DNA of 63,467 nucleotides, counting the filler, from Phoronis australis (taxonomy: Eukaryota > Animalia > Phoronida): the NCBI GenBank assembly GCA_002633005.1. It is 11 parts of 11 records of this genome, joined end to end, with 100 filler letters (N's around TTAATTAATTAA, not from the genome) between each part and the next. Parts side by side here need not be neighbours in the genome. Positions count along the whole stretch, not along the records: positions 1 to 2,904 come from NMRA01003332.1; positions 3,005 to 6,306 come from NMRA01003101.1; positions 6,407 to 14,132 come from NMRA01001986.1; 8 more parts are not named here. One strand, given 5' to 3'. Numbering within the stretch: the stretch's first letter is position 1; each line of letters opens with the position of its first letter. Positions 1 to 10,850 of this stretch are shown here, one piece after another. The position numbers and the translations under genes are program-made. Under the pieces are notes generated by a model. It was not told the DNA's origin. It did no database searches and saw only the letters and a program-made list of their open reading frames with translations.

Positions 1-1152
1 AAGCGCCTGTGCAGTCAACCACAAGAACAAAAAAAAATTACGGGTGGTTGCATTTCAAACTTATAAAAAATTACGGATGGTAGGCTGAAGAAATAAATGA
101 AAAATATGGGTGGTGGGTGCGAAAAAAAGGTGCCTTCCCCCCTCCCATACAGATTTTACTGGAACAGCCCTTAACTAAAAGACCTAGTAGCACACGTTTT
201 TAACCCTTATTGGTTGCTTAGAACAGTTTATAACGAAGCCATCAGTGCCTGCAGGTTAATCAAAACGAAATCCGTAAGCCAAAAATTCATAAAAACCCTC
301 ACTTGTCACGAAATGGGGCCGAGTGATACTCCGGCATTTTAGATTTCCCTCTACAGTGGAAGTGAAATTCATGAAGGAACGATTGAAAAACAAGGCTGTC
401 TACTTGACTGGGCCAAGCGTGTTTTACAGGGAGTAAGTTACTTCTGATGACCAGTATTTTACTTCATGTAATTATTTCCTACTGGGCCCACTTGAAAATC
501 AGTGTATTCACTGAAAAGTGGTCACCCAGTCTTTTAAAGAAGTTTAAATAAATAAATAAATAAATAAAACAAACATGCAATATCAGAATAATTAGTAAAA
601 TTGCTAAGTAAGAATATTCTGACAACTTGAGAAAATATTGAATATAAACTTTGAAAAGGAAAACTAAGATACTGGTGGTCTCCACCAATTTTGTTAGGTG
701 TCCGATAGCCAACAATGAGCGACGGTCTATTTCTTATAGAATACCAACTGGTGGTGAAATAACTTCAAAAAGAAAACTTGTTATGTTCCCAAATAGCAGG
801 ATATAAGTGTGAATGAAGTAAAATGAAGAATTTTCATTCAACCTGAAGCATTCGTAGCTTCTACAGGAGGCCGGCTGCCTGGCCGCGAACATCACTGCTT
901 CGTGGCTCAGGATGAACACATCAATTAGTATTGATTACAAATTTTTGTCACATTTCAAAATATGTTTTGTATAATAATTGAAAATTAAAGTCAATTAGGA
1001 TGTAATTATTTTGCTGGTGGCAAAGTGGCACATCAGTCAACTGCCAAGGAAACTTTGCCAGGTTGTGTCCGGGCTGTAAAAATCAAGCACATTGCGGTGC
1101 GCAATTTTGCAATTCAGGTGAAAAGCACACTTATTTGAGATATTGTTTGATG

Positions 1153-1635
1153 AATAATAGCTGTGTGAGAGTGTAATAATAACAGTGTGAGAGTGTAATA
1201 ATAGCTGTGTGAGAGTGTAATAATAGCTGTGTGAGAGTGTAATAATAGCTGTGTGAGAGTGTAATAATAGCTGTGTGAGAGTGTAATAATAGCTGTGTGA
1301 GAGTGTAATAATAGCTGTGTGAGAGTGTAATAATAGCTGTGTGAGAGTGTAATAATAGCTGTGTGAGAGTGTAATAATAGCTGTGTGAGAGTGTAATAAT
1401 AGCTGTGTGAGAGTGTAATAATAGCTGTGTGAGAGTGTAATAATAGCTGTGTGAGAGTGTAATAATAGCTGTGTGAGAGTGTAATAATAGCTGTGTGAGA
1501 GTGTAATAATAGCTGTGTGAGAGTGTAATAATAGCTGTGTGAGAGTGTAATAATAGCTGTGTGAGAGTGTAATAATAGCTGTGTGAGAGTGTAATAATAG
1601 CTGTGTGAGAGTGTAATAATAGCTGTGTGAGAGTG
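1153..1635. repeat. Minisatellite, 22-bp unit (AATAATAGCTGTGTGAGAGTGT), ~22 near-perfect copies
   Basis: Directly visible 22-bp period (atagct at 1201, 1223, ...); the minus-strand ORFs repeat every 22 aa (= 3 units). Confidence 0.97.
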
Positions 1636-2586
1636 TTTTTTCTAACGGCGGTAAAACTGGTGGCAATTTGGAACCAAGTCACGAAATGTGCCGTCGGTAA
1701 CCACACGGCAATTGCTAGTACTTAGCACAAGTTTCACGATATGGCAATAAAAAACATTTGCCAATCTAGAAAGGTTTTTTCCTCTAATTTATTACCAGAA
1801 CGGGTAATGTTGCTGAAAATTGCCGTACCCCCTCGATGAGTCAGGGCACCTGAGGAGTGTTGGCTGCGGGAGGTGAGATGCGATGTATTCACAACTTATA
1901 CTTTTGTTGCATTAAATACCACTAGTCATATGCAAAGAACAGATGGAATTTGGACAGTAGACAATCATATTTGTTTCATAAGAACCAAAATTAGAATCAA
2001 AAACAACCAAGCAAAATAACAACACTTATATGCTCAATGGTGATATCCACAGTTTTCAAAGACAACATGGCTGTCATTCAGGAATCACTCATTATAACTG
2101 ATACACAATGAACCCAAGTCACAGAAATAGAGTGACGCGAATAGCCAATGATTTTCTGATCTTGACCGAGATACAAAACTGTGCTCAAAAAGGCTTTTAG
2201 TTTGATAATAGAAAAGAGGTAAACATTAATCCATGTCCATGTTACATATTACTTAATTTGGTATATATATTTTCAAATTTTTGAACTAGATTAACCCTTT
2301 GAGACAAAGACTGCACAGAATTCTTTTCATGAATATCATAAAAGCCCTATTATTTGATAGCCCATCATATTTTAAGAACAATTCTACAATTCTGCTTTGT
2401 AAAACAATGTGTAAACACATTTTCGTCTGAATTCGAGCGGAAATTATTGAGATATGATGTTGCATTTCTACGATAATGATTCAACATACTGCAATGCGAA
2501 CTTTTTAAGTCTGGTCAGCTTTCTGGGGAATAATGACTGACACCGATTAAAAATCAAAGTCACATTATTATAAGTACATTTTGAAC

Positions 2587-2700
2587 ATAGAGGGACACCT
2601 TAGGCGGCCGTCAACATCTTTAAATCCTTCCAAATCGAACAAATACTCCTGTAACGTAACTTTTATCTTCAAGCAGTTCTTTGTTCATTTCCCAAAATCG
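2587..2700 (+). repeat. Dispersed repeat fragment shared with 27890-28005
   Basis: tccttccaaatcgaacaaatac...ttcaagcagt...ttcccaaaatc aligns with tccttccaactcgaacaaatac...ttcaagcagt...ttcccaaaatc near 27930-28005. Confidence 0.7.
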
Positions 2701-2881
2701 GTAACTGGCTATTTTAACACTGCGAGTGGCAAGTGGTATGACGTCATATTCCTTGGCGTGCACTGCGTAAAAATAGCCAGTTTCTGATTTTGGAAATTGA
2801 ATGAAGCCCCGAGGGTCAACCCTATTGTAAGCTTGGTACCATTCAGGAACAATTCGGAACAGAATTTCACTTTCCACGAAA

Positions 2882-2904
2882 TACCGTAATCGTTCGGGTT
2901 AACG
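2882..2904 (+). mobile_element. Left terminus of the Tc1/pogo-like MITE family seen at 45293-46300, truncated by a gap
   Basis: TA|CCGTAATCGTTCGGGTTAACG matches the TIR TA|CCGTAAACGTTCGGGTTAACG at 45291 with 1 mismatch. Confidence 0.8.
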
Positions 2905-3004
2905 NNNNNNNNNNNNNNNNNNNNNNNNNNNNNNNNNNNNNNNNNNNNTTAATTAATTAANNNNNNNNNNNNNNNNNNNNNNNNNNNNNNNNNNNNNNNN
3001 NNNN
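2905..3004. other. Scaffold gap with artificial TTAATTAATTAA linker (also at 6307, 14133, 27506, 29916, 39040, 42317, 53908, 58360, 60818; plain N gap at 59564-59995)
   Basis: Identical 100-bp N44-TTAATTAATTAA-N44 blocks. Confidence 0.98.
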
Positions 3005-4141
3005 ATTCAAAATATTCAACACCAGGAGAATTGTTCCACATGTGAGCTTAACCTGCAACAGCTGTAAACAGCTCTTAGTCTATCTAGCACAGAACTACGA
3101 TCCAGATGTCTGACCAGTACTGAGACAACGGTGGTGTGAAATAGCCGTATGATATCAACAATGTTCCCAAAATTTTCTCGGCCCATTTGTGGAGTTTGTG
3201 CAAACGCTGATATTGATTTCTTCTATTCACAGCGGTGCTACAAACCTGAAGTATTCAGACAAAATGACCCGGATGTGTAATTCCCCGAAATGACAACCGG
3301 TGTGCGGAAGACGATTTCATCGCCACAGCAGTCTTTAAAAACAAAATGTCTGAAAAGGTAGAAAACAAGACAAAAGTCCATTAAAAAGGCAAGGGATTCC
3401 GGCGGATGCACAATCCATGGCTCTGAACGTACCCCATTTTTTCTTTTTTAATAAATGGTCCACATTTTCAAAAATTCGAGCCACTTAATTTTTACGCTGG
3501 ATGCGCGCATGTGTTGCAGCCCTTATAATATTACAACCAATCATTTTTGCAGTTGACAGAATTAGCCGTCATGGCGGAAAAGTTTGTCAATCTCTGATTA
3601 CCTTCACGAAAATAACCCTACGCTGACATACCGGTCGAGCTCGCATGGCAACTCGACCAGTTTGCGTACCTTGAAATCTGCAGCATTAATCAAAGACACC
3701 ATGCTGTTGTAGTTAATTACATCGCCTGAGACTACTGTTATCGTTCCCCAGACGATCAGACCCATCATAAACACACTGGGGGGATAAGGAGATTTTTTAA
3801 ATTTTCGATTCGAAAGTAATTAGCATATTTGAATAGTTCAAGTAACACGCAGGTCTTCGAAGTTTGAAAATAGGACCTCACTTAAGAACAACGTTGTCAT
3901 ATAATTGATTCTGCTGGTTGTGTAACGTAATTGGACCAATTACCAAACCAGCAGGCACCAGATGGATTTGAGGTAAGACGTCATCGCGGTACCGAATTCT
4001 TGGCATGTTTGTCTTATACGTCACGTTTTAGCGGCTTTTGATGCATAACCTGAGTGAGATAGGGACCTTACACGCAACGACCCCGGCCAATTTAAGAACT
4101 TCCTCTCTAATTATTTTCAATAAGATCAGAGCTCAGTTTTC

Positions 4142-4240
4142 AGATGGCGGGAAATGCTTGCCTCCCAAAACGTCACTTCCGGAGTAGAGAACGAATATTT
4201 AGTTAAATTACGAAAAGCTGTAATTAAGTTGGAAATATGT
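4142..4240 (+). promoter_or_regulatory. Second copy of an E2F + CRE/ETS motif cassette (paralogous to 15195-15290)
   Basis: GGCGGGAAA..CTTGCCTCCCAAAACGTCACTTCCGGAGTA..TTAAATTACGAAAAGCTGTAA is nearly identical to the copy at ~15197-15272. Function not shown. Confidence 0.4.
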
Positions 4241-7087
4241 CTGGGATGACAAACGAACCTAATTTTTGCTAAAAATGACATGAAAAAGGTTGCCTTCGCC
4301 TTTAAGTCCAGTATGGTCAGTCAGAGGGCGGTGAAGGCAATGATAACAGGGGAGACAAGTGTTGCAGGAGTACCTGAAAACGAGACAAGCTCTGAAATTC
4401 TCCAAGCCATTTGTTTTTAAGGTGGAAGTTCAACAGTTTACAACTCAAAAAGCATTAAAGATAGTAATTTGAAATTTGGTCCAGAAATAGATCTAACAGA
4501 GGGTGAAGTTTCATTGTCATGCATAGAAGGGGTACATTTTATTAATACGCCTCTACAAACTGAGAAGTGGCTCTTTGCGCGCCTTCTGCAGAAAGTGCTA
4601 TATAGGCCTATGCACCACGCAGGCACAAACAATGAGGTTTTAGCTTGAATATTATCTGGGAATTGCAGAAGGATATTACGGTAATTTTCCACTTATTTCG
4701 TTCAAAAATAATTGTCAAACTTATAACGTTACTATTGCATTTTTCAAAGTCCGGTCAACTTCATTGCTGTAAATGAGAGCTTTACATTCATTCTTTTATG
4801 ACGTGTACACAGCGCAAACAAAGCCAGTAATAAACGGTAATTCTTTTATCCATGCTTCTCCGGAAAATTTTGACAAAAATAAAATTTCTTTTGTACTCCG
4901 TATTGTGTGCTTCATAGGAGAAGAATTACCGTAGTTAGCATTTTTAAAAGTAACGTATAATGCAACAACGCTTCAAATTGGGCTAATTTTTCATAACGCA
5001 ATATTGTTCACAAAAGACAAACCACTTTGAAAAGTATTACCGTTAGAGTCTAATCACAAGCCAGTCAAATTTCAATAACTGGTATGTCACTGAAGATGGC
5101 GGTAACCGGCCGTTGACATGCACAAGCTTGCACAGTCCCACAATTCCGCGCTCATTTAATTTGCTAGTGTATGTTCTGCTTTTGCGACTCCTGATAGAAA
5201 AACCCAAATCTGCGAAACAAGACGTGTTTTTCTAGGGAAACAAAGCAAGACAGGCAATTAGCAAACTAAAGTACTAGAATTAACATTTTCCGATGTAGAA
5301 GTGAATGTTAACATACCAAAAAGAATAACAGAAAATACCAGGTTTTGTGTTATGCGGAGCAATACACGCAGTCAGTCCGCAAAACAAAGCAGTGTCCGTA
5401 TGATGTTCTACACTTACCGTGCTTTCTGGAAACTATTCATAATGACATTTATTTTGCAACAACTGTTTTACTGAGAAATACCCTGGCTGATACATAACAC
5501 GAGACCTTCTGCAGGTCTTTGGCCTTTCCCGTTCTTGCCTTCGGGTTCTGACAACATTCTCCCATTGATGTCTCGCACGCTTTTCACCTTGTAGACTGCT
5601 CAACCCTCTTTATCAGGACTTGGAATGACCGATGACAAAAAAGAGAAAATTTCACCAAGTGATGTATCGTTCCACAAATAAATAAGCTTGTGTGATAGAA
5701 ATATTTTTGTGCTGTAAAATTTGAGTGAAATAAATTTTTTGCATGAATACAGTCAAAATTATGATAGAGACGAGAAAAGGGAAACTGGATATCAAATATG
5801 TGGACATCGAAATCAAAAAAGAGGAATTCCTCTTAAAAGAGGAAAATTCCAAGTCCTGCTTTGTGTCCGATTTCTCCGTTGAACTTAGTGACTTCCCCAC
5901 TGGAAAGCAGGTCACAGGAATTACTTAATGGCCTCAGCTGACAACTTGCTTCATAAAAAGTTATCCAGTATTTCAAACTGCTATTAACGGATAACTCTGT
6001 ATAGGTGTATGACTGAGAAACTTCATTATTTGGGCTTCAGCTTAAATTTTGAGTATGTGACCACGGTGTGACTCCTACACACACATCACCAATATTGCAC
6101 TTTTTAGTCACCTTTTAATATTTACCTATAGGTCTTCAAATGTTCGCGAAGAAAATGACAAGTTTTTGCAAATAGAAAAAGCAATTTTCCTAGCACTATC
6201 AAAAACAGGTAGATCGCATGAAATGAGAGAAAACACGTATTGGGACTGGGAACTCATACACAAGAACTTCCAAAAAATGATAGAAAATTTCGCTTAATCC
6301 ATAACGNNNNNNNNNNNNNNNNNNNNNNNNNNNNNNNNNNNNNNNNNNNNTTAATTAATTAANNNNNNNNNNNNNNNNNNNNNNNNNNNNNNNNNNNNNN
6401 NNNNNNTGTTTGTGATGCGGTGGTAGTAGTCCTTCAGGTTACGCACCTTGGCGTCGACTAAAAACAAATAAGAAACCATTACTCGCACGATCATTTATCA
6501 TTTCATCAAACGCATTACAACACCGCTCTACAAAAGCACATAATACAAGAGCAACGCAGTGTCGACATGTGCCAACGACTGCACTGCAAACCTTGTGCTT
6601 CAAGTGGTGAAACCCTAGAAAAATGACCAATGTGGTTTAACATCTTAGAAATGGCTGATTGCATTCAAATCAGACTTTTAGATACAGTTTAGATACACAC
6701 TGTTCTCCAAAAGACTGACAGGAATTCATTTTAAAGTATTCCCCATTTGAATGAAAAACCCAACAGTAGCACAAAACGAAAATGAAATGATAATTTAGAA
6801 AACCATACCAGTGAACTTTGTTAAACAAAAAACGGTCACACTGAAACTTGTTTTGCTACGAATGTACATTTCTTTATTGCAAAATTTTAATAAAAGGAGA
6901 TGGTGATGTGACCAATTTGAATAGCATAAAGCAGAATAGTATGAATTCAAAAATCAAATTCTTCAGACTTTCTACTTTCAGAAAATATAATATTATACTT
7001 TATACCACAATATCAGCCTCGAATGGCCAATACAACCGTGTAATAACCCATTTAGTAATCTCATAGTGAAATAACATTTTGGCGGGA

Positions 7088-7160
7088 AACCGAGGCCAGA
7101 TTCGAACCCGGGCTTCAAGAGTTTCGAGTCGCCGACTTTACCACTACACCACTCAGGGCT
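7088..7160 (-). mobile_element. tRNA-derived SINE head or tRNA pseudogene
   Basis: Minus strand GCCCTGAGTGGTGTAGTGGTAAAG..GGGTTCGAATCTGGCCTCGG has Pol III A-box-like and B-box (GGTTCGAATC) motifs, but the acceptor and anticodon stems do not pair cleanly. Confidence 0.6.
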
Positions 7161-7725
7161 GACGTCATTGAACATGAAAATAGAATTACTTAAATGAGCA
7201 CGCGCAACAATCGCATGTTCATTAAAGTGCATTGTACCAACATTTATATGCTATGAAAAATAAGATGCATAATTTCCATAAAAACGATATTTTAATTCAG
7301 TGAAATTTTTCTCTCATGCTCTCTCACTTGTAAATCACCAATATCCAATTAGAATGCGGGTATCGCGTCGTCAGGATCCTTTGACTTGAGCATTATACTC
7401 AATTACTAGTGCTAACCAACTTCAGCAGACGATATGTTCAGAGTCGAAGCTTAGCATGATAAAATGTGTAGCAAGCTATAATAGTTGCTAAACCTTAATT
7501 TATAGATTCACTTTATTTCTACTTTGTTTAAATTTTCAATTGGTTTTTAAAAAAAGCATTATTTGACAGATTAGATCGACTTTTCTTAAAAGGTCACAAC
7601 CTCCGACTACGGGCCTCTGACACAGAAAATAGTTACAAAGCGAAGGCGAGTCGAGAAAGGTAGATCAATTCATTGCAATGCTTCTCATTCATTATGTGGT
7701 ATAACTAGATAATTAAATGTTCTCA

Positions 7726-7857
7726 GTCGTTATCCCCCTCATCTAGAGCCCTTGTGGATTTTGGAGATTTTTCACCCTTGGGGCTGACGCCCCTCGGGCG
7801 ATAATTCTCCAAAATCCACTAGGGCTCTAGAATACAGGGGGGGGGGGGTTAATGACT
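7726..7857. repeat. Palindromic (foldback) element, probable MITE
   Basis: TCTAGAGCCCTTGTGGATTTTGGAGA..GGGG-ctgacg-CCCC..TCTCCAAAATCCACTAGGGCTCTAGA; arms of ~55-60 bp around a tiny loop. Confidence 0.8.
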
Positions 7858-8463
7858 TCGCCATGTCATAATCTACATTTAACATTATTAAATTCTATGG
7901 TTTTGCAGATATTTGGGCAATATAGTCTGACATAACTTGACAAAATCTTTAGAACCAGTTTTCTCTACTGAATAACCAGCATTAACTGGTTCTCAAAATG
8001 TGGGCACATTATATCAGACTATTGGATAAATGCATAAAACCTTGAAATACAAATCTAGGGAGTCAGTGTTAATACAATGAACATTTCATTACATGGCTTA
8101 TCAATTCCTCACATCAACAAGCCCAGCTACTACAGTGATCTTTCAACTGATTTCATAACTGTGGTTTATCTAAGCCAGGTTTAAAAGCTAAAGCTGGTCT
8201 TAATACCTGGTCTAATTTTAGACCTAAGTTGCACTCCATCAATGTTGTTTATAGCCTGAAAGCCTTCTTTATTTAGACTGGTGAGCCTACTAAAACCAGG
8301 TTTAAAGTATCCAAGACACCCTACTGTGTGGATCTGGTTTAGCACAACAAAGAAACTATTGAAGTGCTTCAATGGTGCCTTGAACATGTGGGTATAATTT
8401 ACTTAACAGCACACAGTAGTAGATTCACTGCAGGCATTTGCTGGCAGTTGTGTCATCAACAAC

Positions 8464-9232
8464 ATGAGTAGAAGAAGGTCTGAAAACTTTTCTCCTGAGG
8501 AAAAGAATTTCCTGTCAGATATGATTAGAGAGAAAGCCAGTGTTTTAGAGAATAAGAAAACTGATGCCAAATCATGTAAACGGAAGCAGCAAGCCTGGAG
8601 AGAAATTGAGTACAGACTGGCAGCAAAGTTCCCGCACTCGGCAAAACGCAGCGACAAACAGCTCAAGGACTTTTGGAAACGCTCAAAAATAAAGGCCAAG
8701 AAAGATTTTTTATCATTGATAAAAGCTGCAAAGGAAACTGGCGGGGAACCAAAAAAGGAGGAGCTCAGTCAGGAAAATCGGGAAGTGCTAGACTTGATTG
8801 GAGATCATGATGCTGTTGTCAGTCCTGCTCGTATTGCTTATGACGATGACGACCTTCTTGATGAGCCATATTTCGAAGAGCATCCTGCAGCAGGTATTGA
8901 TCTACGATTGAATGTGATGTCACCTGATCGCCTGATGCAATGCACGAAAACCCATGCACCGAAGGAAGAACAAGCCCCAATGCGCTCAAGAAGCCCCATA
9001 CCCGGGACAAGCCATGAAACCAGTAGACAAGAGACACTATCTCCTCTTTCGAATCCCGCATCTGGATCGAGTTTTCAGGGTACGTCAAGTGGCAGCCAAG
9101 AAAATGCGCACACGATGAGCCCCGACCCAAGGACAAGTAGGCAGGGTACAACACACAGCAACCATGTTCCATCGCACCCGAGCAGCCCTGTGGGTGCTTG
9201 GCAAGGAATACAGACAGAAAACCATTCCCGAG
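8464..9232 (+). CDS. Harbinger-type Myb/SANT-like DNA-binding protein (MSANTD/NAIF1-like), exon 1
   Basis: RRRSENFSPEEKNFL..LENKKTD..KQQAWREI..RSDKQLKDFWKRSKIKAKK..ETGG is a typical Myb/SANT-like domain of Harbinger ORF1; donor AG|GTAAGC after 9232 (phase 1). Confidence 0.9.
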
Positions 9233-9809
9233 GTAAGCAGTCTTCTAGGGACTAGAACATAAGTCCCGTTCATGCAAGGAACTTTTGCGGAATTACTTGA
9301 AGAAATATTTTCCAAAATGTAGAAAATTTAGAGCATGAATGCAAAAATTGCGGAGTCATTAACTTTGCTGATTCAAGTAAATAGCACAGTTTTCCATTGA
9401 AAATCTACATGAACGGGACTTGTATGTTTCATAATTTACATAAAAACAGTTAAAATCAAACTTTGCTTAATTAAATAATTTCTTTCCTATGGCATGGTTA
9501 TTTTTTCGTGGCCGCACGATTAACATATCCAACAACTGAGATTTCAGTGTCCCTTTCTTTGCAAGAAACATAGATTGAAATTGAATAGTTATAAATCAAC
9601 CATTAAAGCAAATTAACCATTAATGTGTTCAGGTTTCAGTCGGTGTCAATGAGGGTGACCTAAATTTCGGTATCTGAAATTGCCCAATTAACAGAGAATA
9701 AAACTATTTATCATTTTCCCCGGTATGGATTCATGAAATGTTTACAATCGGAAGGAACTACCAGTGACACCTTTTGGTTTTCAACCAAATTTGGTATATT
9801 TTGTTTCAG

Positions 9810-9967
9810 CTTTGTGGAGTGCCAATTCCAACTACGATGTGCCTCCTGAAATTTTCACAATGAGACACATTGAGCATCACAGGAGGATGGAAATTATGGA
9901 CCTTAAAGAAAGAGTTCTTCTTTTGAAAGAAAAGAAACTGCAGAAAGAAATAAGCAGATTGAATTAA
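9810..9967 (+). CDS. Myb/SANT-like protein, exon 2 (coiled-coil C-terminus); spliced product ~308 aa
   Basis: Acceptor TTTTGTTTCAG at 9809; the phase-1 join is in frame (..HSR-ALWSANSNYDVPPEIFTMRHIEHHRRMEIMDLKERVLLLKEKKLQKEISRLN*). Confidence 0.8.
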
Positions 9968-10269
9968 GAAAGAACAATGATCCTAGCTGTGTAATTAGAG
10001 TTTATTTGATTTTCATTATTACATCAAAATATACAAGTAACCAGAGCTTATTCGATTTTCATTATTACTTCAAAAATCTATTGGTTGTTTTACGTTTGTG
10101 GGAGCAAAACAGATAAATACTATGTAAGAAAAAACATTTGGTTCTTAGTGAGCAACCAGGGTTTATTCCATTGCCATAATATCAAAAAGATATCGGTTGT
10201 TTTGAATATGTATGAATATGAATCACAAACTTCTCACACTTCCTTGTTATTGTGATGTTTTGAATGAGC

Positions 10270-10850
10270 AGACATCTAAATATTAGTCTTCTTTGCCCTT
10301 CTTGTGCAACAACATTGATGTTGACGTCTTGACCCTGATCTTCTTGGGGGGGGATATTAACATTGTCTCCATTCATTCATGTTGTGCATCATATAAAGCA
10401 ACACAATTTTAACCACGGCAGTCAGGTCGCCCCCTTACATGACAGTTTATGCTGATGCACAGAAAATGTTTCTCCAGGGCCCCAAAATCCCTGTCTATAC
10501 ATTTGTGGGCGATATTATAATGCACCTGTACACCTATGGCAGGTCGCAGTGCAAGGGTCAGTAGATATCTTTCACACGCATGTCCATTGTTGCCAAGGAG
10601 TTAATCCCAGTTCCTACCACTTAAAAGATTTTCTGCCCGCATGTTGTTGCGAAATATTGTGTTGTAATGGGTTGATGCAAGAAAGTGAATTACGGCATTG
10701 TGAAACATTGGTCCTCAATTACTTCCTGTACAATCAATGAGTAAGACCCCTTTTGGATGATAGATATGGTCGGATTCCTGATTCCTCGTCTACAAGCAAT
10801 TTTTGTGTGTGTACCATCACTACAATTGAGCATATATATCTCACGTAAGT
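10270..10850 (-). pseudogene. Decayed HARBI1-like (PIF/Harbinger DDE) transposase
   Basis: Manual minus-strand translation across frameshifts gives colinear motifs: LNCSDGTH, KGSYSLIVQEV, FLASTHYNTIFRN (cf. PGSTHDS.IF), LLGNNGH (cf. LLGDSGY), YLLTL..HYNIAHK, IDRDFGALEKHFLC (cf. IERxFGxLKxRFxC), IVLLYMMHNM (cf. IIVACCVLHN). N-terminal part absent. Confidence 0.88.

Noticed and set aside
1037-1706. 209-aa and 191-aa repetitive ORFs
   Set aside because: Translations of a 22-bp minisatellite; no domain, and the unit length is not a multiple of 3.
2949-2960. Recurrent TTAATTAATTAA palindrome between N runs (10 occurrences)
   Set aside because: Artificial contig-joining linker, not biological.
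7088-7160. Functional tRNA gene
   Set aside because: A/B boxes are present but the cloverleaf stems do not pair; treated as a SINE head or pseudogene.
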